Part shown: positions 13,778 through 26,622 of the stretch, piece after piece
How positions within the stretch are numbered: the stretch's first letter is position 1
Layout: each line of letters starts with the position of its first letter
Source of the DNA: Patellaria atrata CBS 101060
Lineage: Eukaryota
NCBI GenBank assembly: GCA_010093705.1
Contig: MU006100.1
Location: 62,001 to 126,000, forward strand
Direction of reading: 5' to 3'
DNA: 64,000 bases
Made by a program: the position numbers and the translations under genes
The notes under the pieces: model-generated
The model's input: the letters and a program-made list of their open reading frames with translations, nothing else
What the model was told of the DNA's origin: nothing
Databases searched by the model: none

Positions 13778-14285
13778 GAGCAGTGAACTGTGCTAGAGGA
13801 GGAGCATAACGTTTAAAGGGCTTATGAGGCTACCTACGGCGTTTTGAATATCCATTTTTGATCTTCGGAGGACCAATTGGGAATGGATTTCCTATGTAAA
13901 ATATGCTTTTGCTGGTGCCCTTTCGGGATAGGACTGACCGTCAACTGGTTATTTGACGTATTAATATACCCGCGACCAGTGATATGGTCACTTTAAACTA
14001 CATACTACTAGTAGCATATATAATATAACCAAATGCGCCTTATGCTAACCATTCTCCTTCAAAAAAGGTAAGCCCCAAACGTGTCACCATACGAATAACT
14101 CAAAAAATCCGATTGGCCCCCAATCCCCCAAACCCATCGCGTCCACTGGCCACAAACTTCGCCCCGACATTCAACCATCCCCACACAACTCTTGGCCGCA
14201 GCAATCGCCAATCGCCAGCAAAATCACGATTCAGGAGAACGTGAAAAAGATTGATTTCATTCAAGGAAACTGCTGTTACTCGCCA

Positions 14286-14378
14286 CTGCCCTTAGTCTAG
14301 TTGGTTCATGGCGTCCGGCTGTAAAGGAAAGTCGCTCCGGTTACCGGAAGGTCCCCAGTTCGATTCTGGGAGGGCAGA
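14286..14378 (+). tRNA. tRNA-Tyr(GTA) with ~18-nt intron (14325-14342)
   Basis: Acceptor stem CTGCCCT/AGGGCAG, D-loop TAGTTGGTT, anticodon stem TCCGG-CT-GTA-A/CCGGA, T-loop GTTCGATT and a downstream oligo-T Pol III terminator. Confidence 0.93.
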
Positions 14379-15326
14379 GCAATCTTTTTTTGGCTTATTT
14401 GAGTATTTTGGGTTATCTTTTGGTTGTTGTGAGGAGTACCCCGTTTTTTATTTAAGGTATATATAGCTTTAGTATCAGGTCTGACTAAGCACTCAGTCGG
14501 GTATATATACTTGTTCCCCTCCAGTTCCTCCTACAAACAAGACATCAACTCTACACTTCACTTCACACACTCATACTTTCCAATATTTAGTATCATCTTT
14601 TTGTTCATGATTTTATAAAGAACTCGTCCATTAATGAAACAATAAGAAACTCAAAGGAAAAAAATTTCTTCCCATCATCTCATCCGTAACATTTACGACC
14701 CCTGAAATGTAAACCACGAAGCCCTTTCAACAGTGATCTCATCCATATCCACCACTGCGATTATATGCTTAACTCAAATTGATAATATGTGTATGGAGGT
14801 TCTGGTCTGTGCTTGGCTCATGACTTCTCGAAAGGAATATAGTTGGTTTCGGTCCTGAGATCAATGTGTGTACGCCCTTGTCGTCCGGTCAGAGGAAAGA
14901 AGGTGAAGGGGCTGGATGATTAAGGTCATGGTGGAACCTAAGTGAGTTCGTGTGGATGGAGAAATAGGCCGGGTGCGTGTATGTGTGAGGTCGTATTGTA
15001 AGCTTGAGGCCAATTAAACCAAATTGTACGCCTTCATATAGATGAGTCTCAGTCCCTTCTTATAACAAAGTCGAAAACGTCGATCCCTCTGTATTTATAA
15101 ACTACAGGTGCTATTGTAACACGACTATCTGATCAAAAGTGAACGCATATGGATGAAAGAACGTATCATTATTCGTGGGTAGAAGTGATAGAAAGGACAG
15201 TGGATATAACTTTTTCGAATAAGAACTCTTCCTCCTCCATAATCTCGACTGAACAAGTGAAGGTTCGTATTTTCACTCACCTTCTCGAATTATAGCTCTC
15301 TTTTTCTCCCACTTTACCTCAAAATC

Positions 15327-17019
15327 CTACCCCGGCCCAGAAATTCTCCAAAATAACACCTCATCCCCTCGACCTTGCGTCACCAAGCTCTTTTCCAATT
15401 TATCTCTCATATGCTGGACCTCGACACTACCGTGTGGCCAGACTGACCAACTCTTGATCAACGCCTGTTTGAGCCACATCATGGCTTTCTCCTGCTCACC
15501 GATGGCGTCATAGATCTTGGCAATGTCCTCCATAGTGTAGAGGGCACATTCATCCGAAAAGGCTGGACTAGGAACTGCATCTGCTGAGGATAAAGAGGAG
15601 GGCTGGCCTACGATGAGGAAACATAATTGCAGGGCGGAGGCCCAGTCACCCGAATCCATTAATACATGTTCGAGTTGGCGGGCGGCTTTGCGGGTGCCAA
15701 GGGCGTTCGTACCCAAGTTAGTAGTCGTGGTGCTAAGGAGTTTACGTGCCATGGTCCTTGCAGCTCCGAAATCACGGTCACGGCGGATAAGTTTGATGAG
15801 CTCTGTTTGAGTCTTGATCGTCAAGGGATGATAGCTCCCTATCTGAGCCGTGAAGACGTCGAGCATGTAGGCGAGTGAACGCTCCGAGATATCACGGGTT
15901 TGAGCATCTTTCTCGAAGAGTCGGACTATGGTTACGATGGGGTGCATCGTAGTGCCAAACCTTGCTTCAGCTAGAGCACAGAGATAGCGGAGGAGGTTGG
16001 TACGGATGCTCGAAGTTAGTTTCGTATTAACTGGAGAAAGGATAGCGAAGAGGCTTTGTAACCACAGGGGGGTGGCGAAGTCGATAGAGGGCGCCGTTTT
16101 ACAGGCCTTGTGGATGGTAGACCATGCTCTTCCAGGATATTGGACTTTGAATAGATACATGGCTTGGGCGATGTCGTCCCAGAATACCTTTGTGGGCTCT
16201 AGGACCGGTGGTATAAGTCCGTCGGGAATGTTTTGAGGATCCTGGTATACTAACGGCCCAGCAAAGATGGACTGCATGCTTTTCAAAATTAAGTTGATTG
16301 TCTGCAATCCAACGTCGACGTCGGTGATAAAGATAGAATGAGGCAGCTGTGTTGGAGTCGAGAATTGAGCTCCCCACCCAAATAAGGTGGTGTCGTATGT
16401 CTCGATGTCCATTTGACTTGAATTATCTCCGACAACAGACTTGGAAGATTCCAATGACGATTCGGCAAGTTCAGTCTCATGGGTAAGACTGACGGCCTCA
16501 TTTTGCCGAGGGGAGACTGGGCTGACTGTGGTGAAGTGCGAAACAGTACCCTTATCGTTGCTACTGTCTGAACTGGTCGAGCAATCATCCAATGTACTGG
16601 ATGCCTTGGATTGAGTTGCCCTTTTATTACTGCGTCTAGTTCGCGAGTATCTTTTCAGTTTACGGGCACTCTTCTCGTCGAGATCCGCTATAGAGCGAGA
16701 AGGTAGTGATCCAGGGGTTTCAAGGAATTTAAGATATTGGTCCTTTTCGTACGACTTCCAATTCTTCAAAGCGCCCCATTCTTTGAGGCGGCTTCGATAC
16801 ATGCGTGCACTGTGAGAACTTTTTAGTGGGAATCATCCAAGGCAACGAATACTATGGGATGTAATACCTCGCTTGAAAACCATAATTGTCCAGCATGTGG
16901 GATCGAACATGGTCCAGGGGTTTCTTAGAATATAGCTCAATGATGATTTTACGGTAAGTGCTCCATTCGGTACGAGACGGTCCTCTACGATCTATAATAG
17001 CCTCCGAAGGGACCCTCAT
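15327..17019 (-). CDS. Clr5-domain protein with helical (TPR-like) C-terminus, ~544 aa (intron 16810-16867)
   Basis: Spliced N-terminus EWSTYRKIIIELY.KKPLDHVRSHMLDNYGFQAS.RMYRSRLKEWGALKN matches the Clr5 pattern. C-terminal motifs GSYHPLTIKTQ and MEDIAKIYDAIGEQEKAMMWLKQAL are TPR-like. Confidence 0.8.
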
Positions 17020-17779
17020 TCTAGTCGCGGGTAGGTTGACACATTACCCAGCGCTGAAGACGCATGTAACTAGGAATAACAATAAAGGGTATGAAAGGCG
17101 TTTTATCTCCATCTTGAAGACAAGGTTGCGAGATTTTGAAGGCATACGGGTTGGGCGAGAGTGACGGTAGTCTTGTTCTTTTGTACGCGAGGCGGAGTCG
17201 AAGGTCAAAAACCCACCCACTCACGAAAAATGCAAAAGTGGATGACATATGAAATAGGAACTGATTACCTTACCTTATGGGTGGTATGTGGATTATCGAT
17301 CGTGGTTGAAGCCTTGCTGTGCCACGCTGACATAAAGACCATGCAGTGTTAACCGAGTAATCATAGCCCTCCAGCTGAATGTAGTCACTGATATTCGAAT
17401 CAACCAGATAAAATGCGGCTTAGGGTTAATCTCCCTTCGGAGTGGGTCAGAAAACCTGTCAGTGTGGTCCGTTGAGAAAGTTAGTTAGAGACAATATGGT
17501 TGACCAGGCGGCAATATGCCCAGATTGTTGCCTTTTGCCTCTTTGCCTCTTCGCCCACTTTCCTTCGATCCCTCGTATGTTTCGATTCGAGCTCCGCATA
17601 CAGTAGGAAGCCTTGTTGACGAGGAAATGGTGAGGCTGCTCTGCGGGTGAAGGAGACGGGAGGGCGCACATTGTTTCGGGTCTATAGCTACAAAAAGAGC
17701 GGAGTTTCACGTAGAATTTTTGCTCTTATGAATATCGTGAACCCATCAGATAGAATCTTCAGAATCAGATACTGAAGAT

Positions 17780-20086
17780 ATGGAGCACTTACCTTGTCCC
17801 ATTGATGGTAGACGTCCCGAAGTCCCTTTCTTCGCAGCCAGAAAAGTTTATAGACCGGAAGACTTCTTTAGGCTCCCTAAGGAACATGGATATGCCGACT
17901 TTCATAACCTTTTAGAGGATGGACTCGAAAGGACAATGCAGAAAGGCGATGCTAACCACTTTCTACAAACCTGGCTTTTCTTTAGCTTACTCGCCCAAGT
18001 ACTCAGTCAGGAGATCGATTACCGGGACTTCCTCCAAAATTCGAACAATACTCTTCACACTCGGAAACTTAACGCGATGCTCCAGAACTGGGCAATCAAA
18101 GAATCAACTGCTGTTGAAGAAGGGATGTCTCGAGAGCAGAGAGAGCGATATTTGCGAGCATCCATGGCCCTCGTGGACGCCAGACGTTTTGTCTCAAAAC
18201 ATTGCTCGTACCAGAGACTAGACCGGAACCACCACCCTCTCGAAGACAGGGACCTTTGGAAGAAAGACAATCCAGTCCACCAAGCCCTCGATGCAAAGAT
18301 GACTTTATCACTTGCTATACTTGGTGAAACATTGCAACAAGCACGGCCCGATATGATGCCCCATTTGGAAGGGCATTTCCGATTCTGGAGAGATCCCCGC
18401 GTGGAGGAGAAAAGATGGGGTTGCAGTAAATACTGTAGAGAACAAATGAAGACAAATGGATATGATGAACTCGAAATATGCCGGATAGAAGCAATGATGC
18501 CTTCAGTTAGCATCGTTTATTACTGTAGTTCTATGGCTTCCAGAACTCAAAGGTCAGGCAAAGGACCACTGCATATGAATCCTTGCCGGGATGGTTGCGA
18601 GACCCATCACATCGGAGATGACGAAATAATCAAAGCTATCGAGGAAGGTAAGACACCACTTGTTACCTGGGGTTCTTCCGGTTTGGAATGGAAAGCATAT
18701 GATCTTAAAAGGGATCATGATATACAGTTTGGAGTTTTATCCCACGCTTGGGAAGAAGAAATCTTGGATTGTGGCAAGGATGCTCGACCCGGTCATAATC
18801 GGCGTATGTACGAATGTCAGCTCATCACCCTACAAGAGACTTTCGACAAGATGGTTCAAAACCGTCGTGACAGCTTGTCTTTTAAAAACACACCATTCTG
18901 GGTTGATGCGTTATGCCTTCCGAGGGAATCTGGGCCCAAAGGAAAGGCAATCAATCAAATGAGAGATATATACGCTAAAGCAGCCGTTGTCCTCGTATGG
19001 CAGAGAGAACTTCTCCAAACCAACAAACTCGCGGAAAGTGACAGCATCGAGACAAATATGAGAATAAGAACAAGCAACTGGGCTTCTCGACTATGGACAA
19101 TGCAGGAAGCTGTGCTTGGGGGAATTGACTGTTTGCACGTTGCATTCCAAAACAGGAATACCATTGGTATCAACGAACTGAGGTCAGCTAGAGATAGGGC
19201 AAGGAGAGATCCTAATGACCCTTACCATCACATTTGGGAGGCGGGATATCCTTTCAGTAAATCAACCTGGGCATTGCGGAGAAGCAACGAATTCCGAGTA
19301 CACAGAACCTGGCTCGCAGTCCAGTTTCGCGAAGTCCTCGAACCGCAAGATGAAGCACTTATTTTAGGTAGCGTTCTAGGTGTCGATGTGGTGAAAATCC
19401 AGAAAATCGGGCAGAGAAATGAGCCACCGAAACAGATCGCTGCTAAGAGGATGGTAAAACTCCTTGACCTTCTTGACTCCACTCCAGGCCTTGGGATTCC
19501 ATCTGGAATCATATTTTTGCCCACTGGAAAGTTATCAAACGCGATTTCAGAAACCAAAGGATATGGTTGGGCCCCGGCCACATGGTTAACTAAACAACTT
19601 CATGACTATCCTTTGTTCCGTCCTGCGCAACAAAGCGCGTCAATTGGAAAATGGGGGCTTCTTGTTCAATTTCCTGGACTCATACTCCATTGGCCAAAAG
19701 ATCCTGTTGCGAGTTCCAAGTTCTGGATATCGGTCCACCAGTGTATGCATAAGTGGTTCAAAATTGTTGCAGATACAGGAGGAGTTGACTGGGAAACCTT
19801 TTGGGCAAACGAAGTTTGTACTCAAGACGAGACGTTTATCATCTTGAGTACTAGTAATCCACGAGACAAATGGGAGATAGGATTGTTGGTCCAATCCAAA
19901 GGGGTACTAAGCCAAGGGGAGGTACGATGGGTTAAGACCTTATGTAGGGTATGGATACGATTGGAAGCAAACCCTGACATAATCGCTCGGATGGTGCAAG
20001 GTGTCCGGGAGCGTGGAAATGGTATGTTGTTTGGTGAACGGCTTGGGGATCAGCAAAGGTGGTGTATTGATGGGGGCGAGGAGTGA
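17780..20086 (+). CDS. HET (heterokaryon incompatibility) domain protein, intronless, 768 aa
   Basis: N-terminal MEHLP/FLQTWLFFSLL. HET motifs VLSHAW, FWVDALCLP, AINQMRDIYAKAAVVLV and WASRLWTMQEA. Confidence 0.85.
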   Translation: MEHLPCPIDGRRPEVPFFAARKVYRPEDFFRLPKEHGYADFHNLLEDGLERTMQKGDANHFLQTWLFFSLLAQVLSQEIDYRDFLQNSNNTLHTRKLNAMLQNWAIKESTAVEEGMSREQRERYLRASMALVDARRFVSKHCSYQRLDRNHHPLEDRDLWKKDNPVHQALDAKMTLSLAILGETLQQARPDMMPHLEGHFRFWRDPRVEEKRWGCSKYCREQMKTNGYDELEICRIEAMMPSVSIVYYCSSMASRTQRSGKGPLHMNPCRDGCETHHIGDDEIIKAIEEGKTPLVTWGSSGLEWKAYDLKRDHDIQFGVLSHAWEEEILDCGKDARPGHNRRMYECQLITLQETFDKMVQNRRDSLSFKNTPFWVDALCLPRESGPKGKAINQMRDIYAKAAVVLVWQRELLQTNKLAESDSIETNMRIRTSNWASRLWTMQEAVLGGIDCLHVAFQNRNTIGINELRSARDRARRDPNDPYHHIWEAGYPFSKSTWALRRSNEFRVHRTWLAVQFREVLEPQDEALILGSVLGVDVVKIQKIGQRNEPPKQIAAKRMVKLLDLLDSTPGLGIPSGIIFLPTGKLSNAISETKGYGWAPATWLTKQLHDYPLFRPAQQSASIGKWGLLVQFPGLILHWPKDPVASSKFWISVHQCMHKWFKIVADTGGVDWETFWANEVCTQDETFIILSTSNPRDKWEIGLLVQSKGVLSQGEVRWVKTLCRVWIRLEANPDIIARMVQGVRERGNGMLFGERLGDQQRWCIDGGEE

Positions 20087-21324
20087 TCGGCGAATGGGTA
20101 AGTTTGACATTTAATTCCCAAGGATTTATTCGAGTATTATAGCATTTCAGCATTGTAGAATAGATTGGAGCATGCCCTCTGCTACTTTCTAACGGGCCGT
20201 GAGAGTTGACGAGTATCAATTGTTTGAGCATTTTCGGGACGATTTTACAACGAACGAAGAAATCTTCTAGATTACGGGTCCGTGTCCTTTTTGACGATTA
20301 GAGTAAGTCTCATCTAGTGCATGATATTAATTAGCAGTGTTGGATCCGATAACTAGGTGGTTCAAATGAAATGTAGTTTTTTTCAATGTTCATATGGAAG
20401 TTGAGGTTTTAAAGGTAGGACCCGACCCAGGTAAGCTAACTCCAGTTCTAATTTAGAACTAGTGTTTGTGTCATACAATTCTATTAAACATTGAGACGTA
20501 ACAGTGAGACATACTATCTAGGGTCACCTACTGCTCATTCCTACATTCCAAGCTTGGTCACGTCCAGAGCTTTTGGGTACTATGCATTTACTGTATACAG
20601 ATTAGAATCCGAAGATGTACAGGATTTGAAGACTTTACTGATCTATACCTTGCAGCGAAGGATTGACGAATAGTACGCTATACCCTAACATAGAAATTTA
20701 CCGACAAGGAGATAAGTCGATGGATGGGTCTACATCATAGGCGGGATACAAATGAAGTAAAACAAAGCTAGGAAACGGATAGAATATGCTCTTTGTGGAT
20801 CACTATGGATGGAAACAAATGTGTACCGGACTGTAGACTATACCCTGACATCCTTATATATTAGAAAAGAAACGCGTAGGTAGATGAGTACATAACATAA
20901 GCTGAATACAAAGGAAGTAAAACAATCTAGAGACTAGATTGAATACTCTCTTCGCAGAGCACCATGGATGGGAAACTATTAGTGTTCGCACGTAGGGGAA
21001 TGAAGTGCACTTCCTATAAGAGCGGATGGGCATGCTACTTTGTGGTCCTATGAAAAGGGTAACCATAGGCCATAGAGCTTTCAAAACAGTCAAGTTGCGG
21101 CTTCAAGTAAATATCCCATAGAGAATAGCATGTGGCGGTTATCATTGGTATTGACCGGGTTTAATTATCGAGGAAAGTTTGAATGTGAAATCATACTCTA
21201 GTACAATTGTGCCATGGCTGAGGACTCTGTACTTGATTTCCGTAAACTCCCCTTTGAAAAAACCTATGAAGTAATCCCGCCACAGTCACAACCATGTCTG
21301 ATATCGTCACAATCTTGGTGCTGC

Positions 21325-21906
21325 TCACTTCTTAACTGGGTGTGCCGGTTTCGATTTCTTCTTGGGGCTAAAAGCAGTGACGTTAACGACGTAAGCTATA
21401 ACAAGAGTGGAATAAGGGTAACCTTACGTTGGTGGCTCCTCAAGTATCGCTCGATCATTGCCAAGCGCGAAACCTTCAGGGAGGAAATGTCTGAATTGTT
21501 CGAAGAGCTGCCTATCACCCTCGAACAGTTTCCTGACCTGCCTGTAAATAGTACGAATTGGAGCTTTATCCAGTTCATATGTCTCGATGATGGCGATGAA
21601 CTCTTTAAACTTTTCGGGCTCTTTGGCGAAGTGATCCTAAAAACAGTCAATTTCGTGCAATCTCATAGAGTCGAGTATACCAACTTGGATCTTGCCGACG
21701 TATTCAATGGCATAGTCGTTATCGATTTCTTCTGGGCGTTCGAGCTCTTTACCGCGACCGGAAGAGTCATTTCCTTGTTCCACGGTCGGTGCTTCACTGT
21801 CCGCGTCCATATCATTGTCACTGGAATATGCACGATGGGTCCTGACATAGGCTTCCTCGTCATCGCTCACATCCATAGGCTGGTAGTTTTGGTCGGAATC
21901 ACTCAT
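21325..21906 (-). CDS. Small stand-alone Sin3-type PAH-domain protein (introns ~21637-21684, ~21368-21427)
   Basis: Spliced reading: acidic N-terminus, then YAIEYVGKIQ|DHFAKEPEKFKEFIAIIETYELDKAPIRTIYRQVRKLFEGDRQLFEQFRHFLPEG, then basic tail PKKKSKPAHPVKK*. Confidence 0.7.
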
Positions 21907-22419
21907 GGTGTAGAAGTCGAATAGGTTCAGATAGATTAGGAACTGAATTTTGAATATGCAGAGGAAACATGCAATGTCCGAGCAAATAGGGTTCCAGAGG
22001 GTGCCAAGGCTTCTTTGTAAATTCTCGTGCCGGAGGTCTCATGATGCATAGAAGAGGTGAATGCGCAGGTTGACAACATGCGTTCAGCAAACGCCTACCC
22101 CTGCGTCCAAACAAAACACATAACCTTAATCATCGTCATCATTGCTCTTAAACTTCGTCTTCTCATTTCTTGTACTACCTTTTGAAAAGTCCACGACAAC
22201 GCAATTGCTTCACGGCGTACCTCCAAGCTCTTTCTTGTCGAGACACACGGTAATAAGAAACACGACGTCTCGTACATCATCATTCCCTCTCCCTCTTTAA
22301 CATCTCTTTCGTATTGGAAGATTCCCTACACTTCAAATTATCTACGAGAGTGCAGAGATACACGCCCCACCGGCTTCATTGAGGTTGAAACTCACGGTAC
22401 GGAGCATTTGAACTTGCAA

Positions 22420-22448
22420 TCGAAGTCGAAGTCGAAGTCGAAGTCGAC
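22420..22448. repeat. (TCGAAG)n hexamer microsatellite, ~4.5 copies
   Basis: tcgaagtcgaagtcgaagtcgaagtcga read directly. Confidence 0.85.
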
Positions 22449-22951
22449 ATAATTGTTCGTCAAGTGGATGGATATTTGAGTTACTGATATTAAAGGTACA
22501 ACGTTCTGCACCAAAAATTCCAAAGGGGATGAAAATGGAAGGTCAAAATAAGGATAGGGATGAAGATATCGCCCTGTCCCGACACCGACCCCGAGAAGTC
22601 GAAGCCAAGCGATATACCCTGCTTCCGCTCCACCCAGCACCAGACCGACGACAAAATATAACATTAGAAAACCCTAACCTCATACCTTTAGGACCTCGGA
22701 AGATTCGAAGAGCACCCGGGTGTTCTTCGGTAGAAAAGGTATCATCACTGTCTCCGATTCCGAGCGTAAGAACTGCTTCAAGAGCAACGACAGAGAATCC
22801 AAATTTCATCCCTTTAGGACGTTGTCGAATTCCAAAGACACCTGAATCATCTTTAGAAGAAAAGATATCACAATCACCTTTAGAGGAGAGGGCACCACCA
22901 GTGTCACCAGTCTACAGCACGAGAAGTACTTTGAGTTCAACGACGATAATA

Positions 22952-24314
22952 ATGGCACCCACACAAACTGATCAAGATCTAATCGGACCTCATCCATCCT
23001 TCATTGAGGTTGCCAAGCCTTATATCTTCCAGCAAAGGATCCAAGATTGTCTTTTCGCTATTGGAATGACTGAGGCTAAAGACGATAATGTGCGCCTGCA
23101 GGGTGTGGCGTGGATTGATAACGTCAGGAAATCTATGCAACTGTATGCCTCCGAAGACCTTCCTCGCGTGGTTTAATATGTACTGATTTCATATGCAGGC
23201 CTGTGAGGACATTTAATACGGCAGTGGTCTACTATCATAAGTTCAGGCTTGTGCATTCTGACAATCAATACAATTGGGCTGTAAGAATTTGCTTTGCTTC
23301 CGTATACTCTCCTCTGGACTAATGCTGATCTAGGATGCTGCTGCAGCCGCTCTCTTCACGGCTTGCAAGATTGAAGACACATTGAAGAAGTCGCGTGAGA
23401 TTCTATGCGCATCATACAATCTCAAGCTTTCTCCTGCTGAGCATCTCACGCCTGATGACCCTGTAATGCAAACCCCCATCGCGCACTGTTACCCATCACA
23501 CTAACAAACCTACCTAGCTCTTCGAATCGCATTCCAAAACCATCATTGGCCTCGAAAGGTTAATGCTAGAGTCCTCCGGTTTCGACTTCCGAAGCCGTCA
23601 TCCCCAGGAACTCGTCATCAAGCTCGCCAAAGCATGCAGCTTCACCAAAGACCTTGAGGGCAAAACCGCGTACAAGATCTCTCTAGATCTGTATCGCACC
23701 TTCGCACCCGTCAAGCAAACGACATCTACGATGGCGATCGCCTGTGTCGAACTTGCCGCCCGCCTACACGAAATCGATCTCGCGCGTGTACTCGGAGAAG
23801 ACGGCATTAACTATGCTCGCTTCAGCACCAGTAGAGCTGAAGTAATGGGTATACCTCCCCTCCCAAACAAATCAATCCAAGAACACCATAGCTAACACGA
23901 TACCCAGAAACCCTCCTCGACCTGCTCGACCTCTACACCCACCACAAGCCCTCCACGGTGGTGGGTCCCGACTACCCCCTCGAGTACTACATCTCGATCC
24001 GCATCACGCTGAACCAGGAGGCCTCAGCATCCTCCTTGCCCCGCTACACCTCCAAGCTCGCCCCCCCACTAACCCAAACCAACGGGACAAAGGGCAAGAA
24101 CGGTACCACCACCCTCGCCTCCCCCCCAGCTCCTATCATTGCGCCAATCTCGGCGACTGGGACAAGAGGCCAAAGTGGCACCGTCAGATTCATGTTGGAT
24201 GCGGCGCGTGCGAGTGCAGAGAAAGAGGCCGTGAAGGAGTATTTCACGGTCGAGGAGGAAGAGTATGAGGTTGATGTCGAGGTGGATCCGGGCAAGACTA
24301 GGCGGCCGAGATGA
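22952..24314 (+). CDS. CTK2: Cyclin subunit of CTD kinase I (CTK2/cyclin K-like), multi-exon; in-frame upstream extension possible from 22529
   Basis: GPHPSFIEVAKPY, RLQGVAWIDNVR, PVRTFNTAVVYYHKFRL, AAALFTACKIEDTLKKSREIL and LERLMLESSGFDFR across four GT-AG introns. Confidence 0.85.
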
Positions 24315-24943
24315 GGGATCTTCTGGCTGTTGGGTCTTGGTGTGCGATGTTGAAAAGTGGATTTCCGAATGATGATATGATGTGGATGGCCGTGCACAGT
24401 ATGCAGTGAGCCTGTTCAGTACAGATGCCTTCGGGAAGAGCCCAGGAGTAGAAAACTTCTTAGCGAGAATGATGGTACGAAGATGACAGACGATAGCTGT
24501 CGTACTTCGTTTACATAGTGGTATACGATGAAGACTGGCGTACCCGGTACGGAAGGAGCCCTTTCGTCGTGAAAGTACAGCGGCTTATTGAGGAGTGGAG
24601 ATTGACTTGTACAGTACAGGAAGAATTGAGGGCTATGAAGCGAAAGGCCGTATAATTGTACGATACAGTAGTGGCTGATTAAATAAAATACGGGCGGTAA
24701 AGAACGGCGCGCTGATTGAATCAACAATTTCGCTCTCACCATGCGTGCAAATAGCTCTAATTGATTCAACAAACCAAAACACTGTTTTGATATACAAATG
24801 CAAACCTAGAAATGCCCCTTCCCCATATCCCCACATCTTGCATGCGCGGAAAGGGAGATAGAGCTAGCTAAGATCAGGAAGGAAAACGCCCTGGCCACTA
24901 CATACAAAATACAACAGCCTCAAAATCCATCTAACCATCCAAT

Positions 24944-26622
24944 CTATAACATCAACTCCAAGGGATTCTCCACCACCTTCTTCAGCTCGCGCATGAAGTC
25001 TCCACCGACTGCACCATCTACGACCTTATGATCGAAGCTACCTGATAATACAATCTGATCGTCCCACTCTACGCCAGTTGTGCCATCCTCATTCTCTACC
25101 GGCACCGCGACCTTCTTAGTTGTACCCACAGCCAATATAGCAGCTTGTGGGGGGTTGACAACCGCTGTGAATCTCTCGACGGCAGGATTCATACCCATAT
25201 TCGAGATAGTGAAGGTACCGCCCTGGTACTCCTCTGGCTTGAGCTTACCTTCGCGAGCGCGCTTGCCGAGATCTTTGATCTGTGAGGAGATGGACTCGAG
25301 GCCGGTGCCGATGACATTTTTGACAATGGGAGTCATGAGGCCAACGGGGGTAGACACCGCGACACTGACGTCGACAACATTGTTCTGACGAATAACGACA
25401 CTTCCGCCCTCTTCGCGCCAGGAGGAGTTCACAGCGGGGACCTTACGGGCAGCAATGGCGACGGCTTTGACGAGGAAGTCGTTGACGGAAAGGCGGTATT
25501 TGCCATCAGCGGAAGCGTTAAGAGCAGCGCGAAGTTTGAGTAGTTTAGAGACAGAGACTGAAGATTGGACGAAATAATGGGGGTTTTGTTGCCAGGATTG
25601 GGTGAGTCGGGATGCAATGGTCTTGCGCATGCTGCTGGCGGGAATATCCTCGTATGTGGGTGCACCGCCGGTGGCTGCGGCCGGAGCTGCGGATGAGGAA
25701 CCCTTGAATTTCTCAATGTCTGATTTTTCGACGCGTCCGCCTGGGCCTGATCCCTTGATCTGGCTGATCGGTACGCCTTTCTCCAGAGCTAGTTTAGTGG
25801 CGGCTGGGGTGATATTAGGCTGTCGTTCAAGAGCGGTTTCGAGGCGGCCGCCCGTAGAGTCAGATTCTTGCGCAACAGGAGCTTCTTCTTTTGCGGGAGG
25901 GGAGGACTTGCTATCCGATGACGGAGGTTCTGAGGATTCTGAGGCCTCTTCCTTGGGAGCCTCCTTGGCTGGTGCTTTGTCTCCACCTGCGTCCTCAATT
26001 GTGAATGACTCGAAGGCGGAGACGTCTTCACCCTCCTCAACCATGACGGCGATAGGCTAAAATTTCGTCAGCAGACAGACGTGAGACCTAGAAATGTGCG
26101 ACATACACTTCCGACGGCAACGTCTTTCTCTCCTGACTCCTTCAAAATCTTTGCTAGGGTACCCTCCTCCTGGAATTCGAAATCCATCTGCGCTTTATCT
26201 GTTTCGATCTCCACCAGAACGTCACCTGGAGCTAATGAATCTCCGGCTTTCTTCTGCCAGGCTCCAATATTACCTGCCTGCATAGTCGGTGATAAGGCAG
26301 GCATACTAATGACAGTATGAGAGGGGAAAGCTGTAGTCCATCTTATTAGTATAGATGTTGCTGTATATTATCGTAGCACGGTTTATATTGAGATAAGGAC
26401 GAACATTTTGATGCATAGTATCGTGATAGTGCTGCAAGTGCAGGCGCTCGTGTCCTGCAAGGCCGGGGAATTAGTAAATCGATCAATTGCTTCGCAGATA
26501 CCAATTGCAACATACAGAGCAAAGTCTTGACTAATTGAAAGACTATAACCACCCCGAATACATCTTGAGCCCCTCAGACACAGGTGTGTCGAGGTCCGCG
26601 ACAAAATCGATGTTGCGGACAT
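24944..26622 (-). CDS. LAT1: Dihydrolipoamide acetyltransferase (PDH E2), mitochondrial
   Basis: Lipoyl domain MPALSPTM...[13 protein letters not shown]3-binding GSGPGGRV and catalytic FDHKVVDGA. Presequence MSATSILSR. Confidence 0.95.

Noticed and set aside
21214..21924. 236-aa plus-strand ORF
   Set aside because: No recognisable motif. It is antisense to the spliced PAH-domain gene, which explains the region better.
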